A stretch of DNA of 64,000 nt from a virus: IMG/VR virus record IMGVR_UViG_3300020385_000005, positions 1-64,000 of that record. One strand, given 5' to 3'. Every line of letters starts with the position of its first letter. Position 1 is the first letter of the stretch. The translations under genes were made by a program, and so were the position numbers. The notes below the pieces were generated by a model. The model did not search any database. It saw nothing but the letters and a program-made list of their open reading frames with translations, and had not been told where the DNA came from. Shown in pieces: positions 22,815-31,694 of the stretch.

Positions 22815-23166
22815 TGGGTAATGGATCCTTAGTAAATTTAACGTAGTTTATTTTTTCTATTCCTAAATGTTTACATTTCATTAAACGATGCACTCCATCT
22901 AGGATATAATTTTCTTCAGAGAGTATAATTGGGTAACTTAAATCGGCATCTAACACCCTCTCTAAATGGTGCAAGAAGAGTTCGTTTGTCATCTCTTCCC
23001 CATGTAATTGCCAGCAAAAGACTTTAGAGTATCTTACGTCCCATAGTTCAGATACACTTATTTTAGAGACAGGAAAACTTTTAGAAAGCGCCCATATATC
23101 ATCTAAATTCCATTGTCTTTTATAGTGATACTTATTTGTTTTTGGTAGAGTAACTGTTGACAACAT
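22801..23166 (-). CDS. ParB/Srx-fold nuclease-like domain protein (121 aa)
   Basis: YILDGVHRLMKCKHLG matches the DGxHR core of ParB N-terminal-type domains. Confidence 0.5.
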   Translation of the reverse strand: MLSTVTLPKTNKYHYKRQWNLDDIWALSKSFPVSKISVSELWDVRYSKVFCWQLHGEEMTNELFLHHLERVLDADLSYPIILSEENYILDGVHRLMKCKHLGIEKINYVKFTKDPLPNELH

Positions 23167-23271
23167 CTATTACATCCTTTCACAATTAGAGAGAGAGATG
23201 AATAAAATATTATCATCGCCGTTATATAGCAATATAAAGCTGCTTGGCAGCTATAAAAATATTATAGCGCT

Positions 23272-23595
23272 TTATTTAAGCACCATGAAACTGCCAGCAA
23301 CAAGCAGTAGCAATCCAAATAACTGCTGTTGAGTAGGTGCATGAAAGAAATAAAAGCTTAAGCCTAATTCTATTACAGTATGTAGTGCATAAGTAATTGC
23401 TAAAGCGCCCCATATTTTATAGTTATCCATAAGGTACCACCAAGATGTAAGACCTAGGTAGTTTGTAATTAGGCCAGTATATAGCCACCAATAAAATGGT
23501 GATAACTGTATATCAAATAATGGTTTGGAGTTACCTTTAAACCAAAGTATGGTATATAGTAATATAAGCAATATTATGTGAAGGGCCAGAAGCAT
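23272..23595 (-). CDS. small polytopic membrane protein (107 aa from first ATG)
   Basis: The ORF-track start at 23628 is TTG; the first ATG is 23595. It has four Trp/Tyr-rich helices and resembles an EamA/SMR-like half-transporter. Start is uncertain. Confidence 0.45.
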   Translation of the reverse strand: MLLALHIILLILLYTILWFKGNSKPLFDIQLSPFYWWLYTGLITNYLGLTSWWYLMDNYKIWGALAITYALHTVIELGLSFYFFHAPTQQQLFGLLLLVAGSFMVLK

Positions 23596-24358
23596 GAAAG
23601 ACTCACTTGTTAAAATTGAAAAAGACAATTCAAAAGAATTAAGACAGAATGAATTTTTCGAAACTATAACAAAGTCTAGCGATGAATATTCTACTTATTT
23701 AGCACGATTAGATAAAAAGAAATTGACTAGAGTTAAGCAGTCAGTTAGTGCAATAAAAAGTGGGGTACACGCTTCAGCTCCGCTGATATGTTTAGGTCCT
23801 GAAAAATGTCCGTTTATTAAACGTTGTCCAATACCCGAAATGAATTTAGAGGGTGAATTAGATTTTGGGGCGTTAGCTAATTACCCAATTGGCCGCGAGT
23901 GTGTAATGGAAAAATTTTTTACGGAGCAAAAAATTATAGATTATCTACAGCACCTAGATGTAGATCCTAATGATCCCGTAGAGATGTCCATAGTAAATGA
24001 ATTAGCCTTAATAGATCTTTATAAGAATCGCAGCTTAATGGTGCTGTCACAAGGTGATAAAAGAGGCGATGGACGCGATTTTATGATGACAGACATTACT
24101 GGCTTTAATGAGAATGGAGAAAGGGCAGAGACAACTAAAATACATCCAGTAGTAGAGATGATAGATAAGTTAGAAAAGCGTAGGGAGAAATGGTTGGATA
24201 AGCTAATTCAAACCAGAAAGACCAAAGCAGAATTTATGATTAAGATGGGCGAGTCTAATAATAACTCTAGAGTGTTAGAAGAAATCTCAAGGTTAAGAGA
24301 AGCTTTATATTCTATAGAAGCACCAGAAGGTGCGAAAGAGATTCTTTTAGATGATTAA
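23594..24358 (+). CDS. hypothetical protein (254 aa), first gene of the plus-strand virion operon
   Basis: Cys cluster CLGPEKCPFIKRCP and a C-terminal coiled coil. A small-terminase role is only a positional guess. Confidence 0.5.
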   Translation: MKDSLVKIEKDNSKELRQNEFFETITKSSDEYSTYLARLDKKKLTRVKQSVSAIKSGVHASAPLICLGPEKCPFIKRCPIPEMNLEGELDFGALANYPIGRECVMEKFFTEQKIIDYLQHLDVDPNDPVEMSIVNELALIDLYKNRSLMVLSQGDKRGDGRDFMMTDITGFNENGERAETTKIHPVVEMIDKLEKRREKWLDKLIQTRKTKAEFMIKMGESNNNSRVLEEISRLREALYSIEAPEGAKEILLDD

Positions 24359-27300
24359 GAATAAATATTTTACTTATATAAATACTACAAGTCAGGCTCA
24401 ATTATTAGAAATAACAATAGAGTTGCCTGATGGTAGCTTAGTTAAGCAAAATAAGCCTATGCGTCCAAAGCAAGTTGCTGCGGATTTAGCAGGAGAGTTT
24501 AGGCAAGTATACGGGCCTGGCGCTAAGATAGTGAATGTAGTTGCGTCAGAAAGAAAAATAGGCGCTGACGGTAAAATAAAAACTACTTTTAAAACTGTTG
24601 GTCCATCAGAAGTTAAACTCAGCAAAGATGATATATTAAAAAAATCAGTTTTAATGGACATAGAGACTACAGGTCTCAGAGGTGGAGATATAATTCACCA
24701 AGTCGCAGTTTATGATCCAGCAGAAAAGAAAGGGTACATGTTTTCGCCAAAAGCGGAACTTATAACTCAAGACAAACTTGGTGGGGAGGAAGCACTTTCT
24801 AGACGTGGCGCAAAAAGGCTAGTGGGTCGAAAGCAAGACGTAAGAACACATAAGGAAGGTAAACTTATATCTACTTTGGTAGATATGTTTAAAGCTGAGG
24901 AGGATGTCGATTCACTAAGTGGTAGGTTGAAAGTCTTAAGGGAACGATTTGCTAAAAATGAAATAACAGTTTTCCAATTAGCTGAAGATGTAAAACCTAT
25001 AATCAGAACTGAGCAACAAGTAGTATCTGGAATAGAAGACTATTTGATAAAAACGGACCGCTTTCAAGCATTGTTGCTGGCAGATGAAGATAGATTGATA
25101 AAAGCGAAGCTAGGTGTTGATGAAACAGGTACAGCATTAACTCCAGATGTAATTAAGAAAAGAGAAATGTTTAAAGGGATTTCTGCAGGTACTACCACTA
25201 CCAATGAATTGATAGATTTCATACACGACACTACAGGGCGTTCTAGGTCCGAAGTAGCTGATAAATTTAAAGGTGGTTTAGTTTTTAGGCACTCAGAGTC
25301 AATCAATAAATTAATGAGAGAAGATTTATCAAATATTTTAAAAGGCAAAGTAACTTGGATTGCTAATGCATCTTTTGAAGCTAAGCAATTTGGTGCAACA
25401 ATAGATGCTGGAGCTGAAGAATCGTTTTTAGCGCTTCAAAAGCATCGCACTGCAGAAGGGCTAGTGCCTCTAGATAGAAATAAATTTTTTGAAGGCTTCC
25501 AATATGGCAGGTATAAAGATGAGCTAGCTAGTTTAAATATAGATAAAGGTCTTAGTGGTGAAAAAGCGTTACTTACACAAAATCCTTTTTATGGAGTACT
25601 AGAGGGTGTTTCAACGACATCGGGAGATCCGTTTTATACAACTAATCTAGAGTATAATAAGCAACGTGCATTAGCACTTAAAAGTAAAGATTTTTCTGGC
25701 TTATATAAAGCTATGTTAGAGAATACGGGAGAGGGTGACGTTCGAGACATTTTAGATTTAGTAAAAGCTCAACAATCTCAATTGATTAATGAGGGTATAA
25801 TAGATCAAAAAGCACCGACTTCTTTATCTATGGAAGTCCAAGGTCGCCTTTATGGTTTTACTGAGCAGATGCAAATAGCAGAAGATGCAGGTAAGATAGT
25901 TTCAATGGATGACACCATTGCTGCTATGAAAGAAGCTGAGTCTCATATGGCTTTGGGTGACGTTGCGATTACAGAGGAGCGTGTGCTTAGAGAGTCAATG
26001 GAGCAACTAGAAGCAAAGCGATTAGTTGATTTGGGTGGTCGGCATGGGCAAGAACTCGTGGAGCAGGCTAAAGTGGGCAAGGGTGCATACTTTAGATATA
26101 TGACTTATGGCCATTTAAGCAATTATTATAATCAGCAAGCCAAATTGGCTGATGGTACAATTTCAGCAGGTTTAGATGAGATAGCATTCAAGCAGCGTAT
26201 TGGAAAGAGTATGCTGGAGGTTGCTGAACGTAAAGCTTTGACGATAAGAGAAAGTAAACCTGGGTTTAGAGTCGTAGAGCAAGCTAGAAAAGTTGGTGAT
26301 GTAACAGAGAAGCAAAAAGTTACTGTTGGACCTAAAAGTAGCTTAAAAAAGACTGCTAATTTTGATGAAATTTTTGAACACCTAGAGGGATTAGATACTT
26401 ACAAACATGTAGATAAAACTCAAGCGATTGCAGATGCAAAAGCAACTTATGGAGGTTTCTTCGATAAAGAGGGGAGAGTAATAGAAAGTAAAGTATCTGG
26501 TATGCAAGAGATTGCATTGAAACAATCAGAAGCTGCTCCTGAAGTAATTAAAATGTTCGAAGAGAGAACGGGAAGCGGACAGTTTAATGAGCAGTTCTTA
26601 AGCAATATAAAAAGATTTATAGGCGCGAGCGCACCTTCTCAGTTGACTTTAACCCCCGCGATTAAAGCGGCTACTTCTGGAATGGATAAAAGCACTATCA
26701 TGCCCTCAAGGCAAGTTACCAGTGCGGCTGAAAGTGTTAGCAGAACTACTGCTAAAGCAGAATCCCAATATATGCAAAAGGGTATTAGAGAAATAGCCAA
26801 GATGCATTTAGGTAAGTATGGAGCATTAGCTGGAGGCTTTGCTGCTTTATCTATGAAAACTTCTCATGAAGAAGAAGCAGGAAACCTATTAGCACCTAAT
26901 TATGAACAATTTGTAGAGGCACAAAGTCAATTTTATGGGAATGATCAAGATGCTTATATAAATAGTGTAAAAGCTAAATATGGCCGCTTAGAAGGGTTAC
27001 CTCAGTCAGGGCTAGCGTCTGTTTTAAATAAAGCATTTACTGATTTTGGATCCCCTTATCAGGGGCCAGCTTATACTCAAGGTGTACTAGAGGATCATAA
27101 TCTAAGAAGAGAGCGACATAAATATGTGCAGCAACAATTCGGACAAAGGCATTTCAGCGCACAAGGAGATATAGGCTTATTCTTCAAGAGATTTATATCG
27201 ACTGCTTTCAGACGAGAAATCGGAACTTCTAAAGAAAGTAGAAATATAATATTTAGTGGCGCACAAGCTTTAGGGCCAGATGCTTATGGAGGCAGCCTTA

Positions 27301-28373
27301 GGGGTAAAAACTTAATAGAGTATCAATTTAAAAAAGATCGATTTGATTTAAACGTAGAAGACGCAGATACAATTTCCATAAGGAGAAAAGGAAATATTAA
27401 TTCTCCATTGTCTTCTTTCATGGGTACTGGCCAACAAGCTTCTATGTCGATTCGTTTAGCAGGAATAGACGCGCCAGAAACTGCTCACGCTGATAGAAAA
27501 GCCCAACCATATGCTGAAAGAGCAAAAGCTATTGCAGCTGATCTGATTTCAAAAGCAAAAGATGTTCGACTGGTAACAAGCCCGGACGACACCACTTATG
27601 GCCGTCAAGTAGGTATGATTTACGTTGATGGCAAAAATTTAAATTTAGAGTTAGTAAGAAGAGGTGCAGCTGCATACTTACCTTACAAATCTAAGGGGAA
27701 ACCTCCAATATATAACCAAAAGGCTTTTGAAGATGCACAAGAGCATGCACAAGAATCAAAGCGAGGAATGTGGAATACTGGTTACTTTCAAGCGTATAAA
27801 GAAATTGTCAAAGCAAGTGGAGAAACAACAACATTCAATACTTTAGCGAATGTTAGCAAAGTGGCTAGAAATGCCAATTTAATGTCGATTCACTCTTTAA
27901 TGCGTCAGGCTGGTGAAGCAGGTGGCTTGACTGATCAGATAATGGAAGACATCAAACAAACTTCAGAGAGGTTTAAAGCTGGGCAAGGAAAGAACAGCAG
28001 GAGTATATTTAAACCTGACAGTAAATACTCTTCTCCACATGAGCTGGATTTACAAAGTTTTGGATATAATACTAATTCTATTTTAAATCATATGGACGAG
28101 ATGAAACATGACTTAGGAAGTATGATAAAAAATAGAGGCTCGAAAACTAATGAATATAAATTAAAGAGTAAATCTTTAAGAGAAAATAATTATCATTTAG
28201 TTGGCGACACTCTATCAGCAAAAAGAGTGCATCAAGAGGCACTTATACAAAAACAGCAAACAAATGAACTAGCTAAAATGCAAAAATACAAGAGGCAAGT
28301 AATGATGGAAAGTTTACAAATGGCAGCAAATCACAATATGTTTAATTCACCCATAGCTCACCACAGGATGTAA
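24351..28373 (+). CDS. 1340-aa protein with DEDDh 3'-5' exonuclease motifs and a staphylococcal-nuclease (SNase) domain
   Basis: ExoI is MDIETTGL (about 24655-24680), ExoII is ANASFEAKQF, and ExoIII is HMALGD (about 25944-25962). SNase-like segment is IRLAGIDAPET...YGRQVGMIYVDGKNLNLELVRRGAAAYLPY (about 27340-27700). Confidence 0.6.
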   Translation: MIKNKYFTYINTTSQAQLLEITIELPDGSLVKQNKPMRPKQVAADLAGEFRQVYGPGAKIVNVVASERKIGADGKIKTTFKTVGPSEVKLSKDDILKKSVLMDIETTGLRGGDIIHQVAVYDPAEKKGYMFSPKAELITQDKLGGEEALSRRGAKRLVGRKQDVRTHKEGKLISTLVDMFKAEEDVDSLSGRLKVLRERFAKNEITVFQLAEDVKPIIRTEQQVVSGIEDYLIKTDRFQALLLADEDRLIKAKLGVDETGTALTPDVIKKREMFKGISAGTTTTNELIDFIHDTTGRSRSEVADKFKGGLVFRHSESINKLMREDLSNILKGKVTWIANASFEAKQFGATIDAGAEESFLALQKHRTAEGLVPLDRNKFFEGFQYGRYKDELASLNIDKGLSGEKALLTQNPFYGVLEGVSTTSGDPFYTTNLEYNKQRALALKSKDFSGLYKAMLENTGEGDVRDILDLVKAQQSQLINEGIIDQKAPTSLSMEVQGRLYGFTEQMQIAEDAGKIVSMDDTIAAMKEAESHMALGDVAITEERVLRESMEQLEAKRLVDLGGRHGQELVEQAKVGKGAYFRYMTYGHLSNYYNQQAKLADGTISAGLDEIAFKQRIGKSMLEVAERKALTIRESKPGFRVVEQARKVGDVTEKQKVTVGPKSSLKKTANFDEIFEHLEGLDTYKHVDKTQAIADAKATYGGFFDKEGRVIESKVSGMQEIALKQSEAAPEVIKMFEERTGSGQFNEQFLSNIKRFIGASAPSQLTLTPAIKAATSGMDKSTIMPSRQVTSAAESVSRTTAKAESQYMQKGIREIAKMHLGKYGALAGGFAALSMKTSHEEEAGNLLAPNYEQFVEAQSQFYGNDQDAYINSVKAKYGRLEGLPQSGLASVLNKAFTDFGSPYQGPAYTQGVLEDHNLRRERHKYVQQQFGQRHFSAQGDIGLFFKRFISTAFRREIGTSKESRNIIFSGAQALGPDAYGGSLRGKNLIEYQFKKDRFDLNVEDADTISIRRKGNINSPLSSFMGTGQQASMSIRLAGIDAPETAHADRKAQPYAERAKAIAADLISKAKDVRLVTSPDDTTYGRQVGMIYVDGKNLNLELVRRGAAAYLPYKSKGKPPIYNQKAFEDAQEHAQESKRGMWNTGYFQAYKEIVKASGETTTFNTLANVSKVARNANLMSIHSLMRQAGEAGGLTDQIMEDIKQTSERFKAGQGKNSRSIFKPDSKYSSPHELDLQSFGYNTNSILNHMDEMKHDLGSMIKNRGSKTNEYKLKSKSLRENNYHLVGDTLSAKRVHQEALIQKQQTNELAKMQKYKRQVMMESLQMAANHNMFNSPIAHHRM

Positions 28374-28378
28374 CTAAA

Positions 28379-29482
28379 ATGGATTTTGGTAGTTTAGAAG
28401 AATTCGGACAGTCTGCAGGGACTAGTATTGGAAATATTGCTCCAGCATTAGCAGCTGCGTATATGCTTGGGCCTCAAGCACTGCAAGGTGCATTCTATTC
28501 TGCAGGTGGAGAGACATTTGCCGCAGAGAGACATTTTGGACATGTTTTTTCAGAAAAAACTGCAGGAGAAGCAGGTTTTGCAAATACAGTTAGAGGTGGA
28601 CAAACTAATGCTCGGTTAAGCCGAGATGGTGGGCTCTTTAAAAGCAAGCCAATCGTAGACTTTATTGACGATGCAGGAGACACTTTTACAAGAGCGACAG
28701 ATGGTACCTTGCAAAAAGGTGGATTACAAAAATTGACTAAAATGTCTATTGGTATTCCTGTTGCCATGACAGCTTTTGGTGCAGTGCATGCGGCCTCTAC
28801 AGAAGGAGTAGAAGGCTTACGTGATTATATGATTCAAGATGTTTTTGCTAATTATCATGGTATGCGTGAAAGTAATGTTATATATAATATAACAGATGCA
28901 ACCAAAGCAGAAACATCCTTAGGGATGGCTAAGAATTCTTTAAGCACAGGGAATATAAAAAGTGTATCTACACAAAGATCAGTTTTAGGTTCTCCAATGA
29001 TGGGTAGAATGATGCCTATTATGGGTGGTTACGTTGGGGCTATGGCTGGTATGGCTGCTGGTCGAGCGACTACAGAAGGCGCTGCATCTTTCTTGAATAA
29101 AGCATATGGTCTAAACATTAATGAGGGTGTAGCGGGAATGGTAGGTAGTATATTTGGTGCAGCAGAAGGTGCCAGGGTTGGTGCTTATCTATTTGGAACA
29201 CCGTTAAAGGCTGGTGTGGCGGGTATAGGCATAATGGCAGGAACGATGTTATTTAAATCTACATACTCTGCATTAGAAGCTGGGTTCAAACATGAAGAGA
29301 AAAATAAAGGTTTGAATTTTGCATCAGATGTTTCTGCGCACTTTACACAAAATGCTGTTACTATGAGACAAAGAGCGTTACAATCAATGCACAAGTCTCA
29401 TACTAATGCTAGATCAGCATTTGGACAAGAAGCTTCTATTGTACATATGAATAGAGATATGTTTTCTCATCATAGGAGATAA
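28379..29482 (+). CDS. Gly/Ala/Met-rich protein (367 aa)
   Basis: Glycine-zipper-like stretches (MGGYVGAMAGMAAGRA, GVAGIGIMAGTMLF). The C-terminal ...DMFSHHRR resembles the tail of the preceding protein. Confidence 0.55.
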   Translation: MDFGSLEEFGQSAGTSIGNIAPALAAAYMLGPQALQGAFYSAGGETFAAERHFGHVFSEKTAGEAGFANTVRGGQTNARLSRDGGLFKSKPIVDFIDDAGDTFTRATDGTLQKGGLQKLTKMSIGIPVAMTAFGAVHAASTEGVEGLRDYMIQDVFANYHGMRESNVIYNITDATKAETSLGMAKNSLSTGNIKSVSTQRSVLGSPMMGRMMPIMGGYVGAMAGMAAGRATTEGAASFLNKAYGLNINEGVAGMVGSIFGAAEGARVGAYLFGTPLKAGVAGIGIMAGTMLFKSTYSALEAGFKHEEKNKGLNFASDVSAHFTQNAVTMRQRALQSMHKSHTNARSAFGQEASIVHMNRDMFSHHRR

Positions 29483-29483
29483 A

Positions 29484-31691
29484 ATGCATCCTAAGCTACA
29501 AAAGTTAATACAAGAAAACTTGTACAGTGTAAATGAGTATGGAGTCGAACACCAAGATCCTGATGCAAGAGTACCTGAAGAATTAGTTACGTATTTTAAA
29601 AGAGAATATGATTTAAAAACAGATGTGCATAAAACTTGTGTTACTTGCCAAATGAGGCAGATCAAAAAGTATGGTTCGAATAGGATAAAATGTAGCTACA
29701 TTCCAAGGAAGCTCCCTGATGGTGCATCTTCTAGAATAAGTGAAATTGCGCAAAACGCTGAAATACCTGAAGAACAAGCAACTAAAATAATGAAAGCGTC
29801 TATCGACCCCGCAGCTTGGGTAGAGTTGATGTTCGGTTTTTCAGATAGAGATGATAAGTGGTTTTTACGTTCATACCAAAAAGAGCAAATCAGATGTACA
29901 TCTAAAAGAATGGCAATACGAGAAGGACGTCGTTCAGGTAAATCTTTTGCGATGGCACTAAAGCTATTGTACTATGCTTACAACTTAAAGTTAGATCGAG
30001 GTAGGGATTCTCAAGGGAATATAGTTTATATGGGGCCAGCTATAATGATAGTTACCCCCTACCAAGCACAGTTGACTAATCTCTTTGAAGAGATGGAAAA
30101 GCTCTTAAAAAGAAATATAGAGTTACGCCAAGAAGTATTATCTGGAACTGGAGATAGCCTATACATTAAGACGCCAACATTTAAAATGGAAATGAAGAAC
30201 GGAGCAGTAATACAAGGCTTTGTATCAGGCATAGGTATGAGATCTGATGGTAGCGGTGGTGGTACTATGCGTGGTCAGTCTGCATCTATTGTTTATTTGG
30301 ATGAGATGGATATGATTCCAGAGGAAGTCTTAGATAAAGTTATCAATCCTATTTTAGCAACCACTCCTGACACTATTTTAATTGCAACTTCCACCCCCAT
30401 TGGAAAGAAGGGTAAGTTCCATGAGTGGTGTCTATCTAGAGATGATTTTAGAGAAGACTTTTTACCCAGTTCAGTTATTCCACACTGGGAGCAAATCAAA
30501 GAAGAAATCCTAAGAGACTCTACTCAAGAGTCTTTTATGGCAGAATACATGGCAGTATTTATAGATGATCTGCAAGGTGTATTTAAGAAAGATTGGGTTT
30601 ATAACGCACGTCTAGATTATACCTATGAGGATGCTTATTCTCCGCATATACTGCAGAATAAATTGGGTATAAAAGACGCAAGAGAAAGAACCGTTGCAAT
30701 CGGGATAGACTGGAATAAAAATGCAGGAACAGAATTTTATGTAGTAGGGTATTTTCCTACAAATAGAATTTGGTTAGCTTTAGATGCTGTAAATGTTCCG
30801 CACTCAGAGTTCTCTGCAAAGCGTTGGATAAGAGAGCTAGTTGATTTAAACTATAAATGGAAGCCTGATTACATATATGCAGACGAAGGTTATGGGCATA
30901 CAATTATTGAGGATATTAAATATCAATCTTATACATTGAGGGCTAAAAAAGATAAGACTGCCAAAGAGCAAGAAACTGTTTTGATTGCAGATAAATTAAC
31001 TTCTTTTAATTTCAGCAGTAATATTAAATTGAAAGATCCAATAACAAATGCAGATATTAAGAAATCTGGCAAGCACTTCTTGGTAGAAAATGCAGTTAGA
31101 ATTTTACAAGATGGGCTCTTTAAATTCCCTGTAGAAGAATCTGTTTTAAAAGACCAGTTCTTTAACTTCATTGTAGCTAAACGTAATAAACAAAATAATA
31201 AACCAGTTTATGGAAAGCAAAATGAAAAAATAGGTGACCATAGATTAGATGCTTTTATGTTAGCGATTGGTGGGTTAGTATTAGAAGAGTCAGTATACTC
31301 TGGAAATCAAATGCAAATAAGCGCACCTAGTTTTCATAAAACAGAAGCGATTAAAAATAGCTATAGATCTTCAAATGATGAAATAAGAGATTTATACGAT
31401 GCTAAGAAGCGTCAAGCAGATCCTGGTGATTTAAATGTATTAAGGATAATGCGTGGTGGAGGCTCTGAAGAAGAAGACAAAATGATTAAAGAAAAATATA
31501 TATCACAAGGTTTGATGCCAGATGATAGAAAAAACAATCGTTCTCGTAGTATAAAAGAAGAGAAGCCTATTTCTATACTAGAAGGCATCAGTTCTTACAG
31601 AGGTACTGAAGAAGGTATGAGACCGATAAGTGAATTACATCGTGCTCCAAAGCGTGGCCGCTTTGGTCGTAAGAAAAGAAACTGGAGATAA
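29484..31691 (+). CDS. terL: terminase large subunit (735 aa)
   Basis: Walker A is REGRRSGKS (about 29920-29950) and Walker B is IVYLDEMD. It has a nuclease-sized C-terminal half, an N-terminal Cys-containing extension and a basic C-terminal tail. Confidence 0.7.
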   Translation: MHPKLQKLIQENLYSVNEYGVEHQDPDARVPEELVTYFKREYDLKTDVHKTCVTCQMRQIKKYGSNRIKCSYIPRKLPDGASSRISEIAQNAEIPEEQATKIMKASIDPAAWVELMFGFSDRDDKWFLRSYQKEQIRCTSKRMAIREGRRSGKSFAMALKLLYYAYNLKLDRGRDSQGNIVYMGPAIMIVTPYQAQLTNLFEEMEKLLKRNIELRQEVLSGTGDSLYIKTPTFKMEMKNGAVIQGFVSGIGMRSDGSGGGTMRGQSASIVYLDEMDMIPEEVLDKVINPILATTPDTILIATSTPIGKKGKFHEWCLSRDDFREDFLPSSVIPHWEQIKEEILRDSTQESFMAEYMAVFIDDLQGVFKKDWVYNARLDYTYEDAYSPHILQNKLGIKDARERTVAIGIDWNKNAGTEFYVVGYFPTNRIWLALDAVNVPHSEFSAKRWIRELVDLNYKWKPDYIYADEGYGHTIIEDIKYQSYTLRAKKDKTAKEQETVLIADKLTSFNFSSNIKLKDPITNADIKKSGKHFLVENAVRILQDGLFKFPVEESVLKDQFFNFIVAKRNKQNNKPVYGKQNEKIGDHRLDAFMLAIGGLVLEESVYSGNQMQISAPSFHKTEAIKNSYRSSNDEIRDLYDAKKRQADPGDLNVLRIMRGGGSEEEDKMIKEKYISQGLMPDDRKNNRSRSIKEEKPISILEGISSYRGTEEGMRPISELHRAPKRGRFGRKKRNWR

Positions 31692-31694
31692 AAC

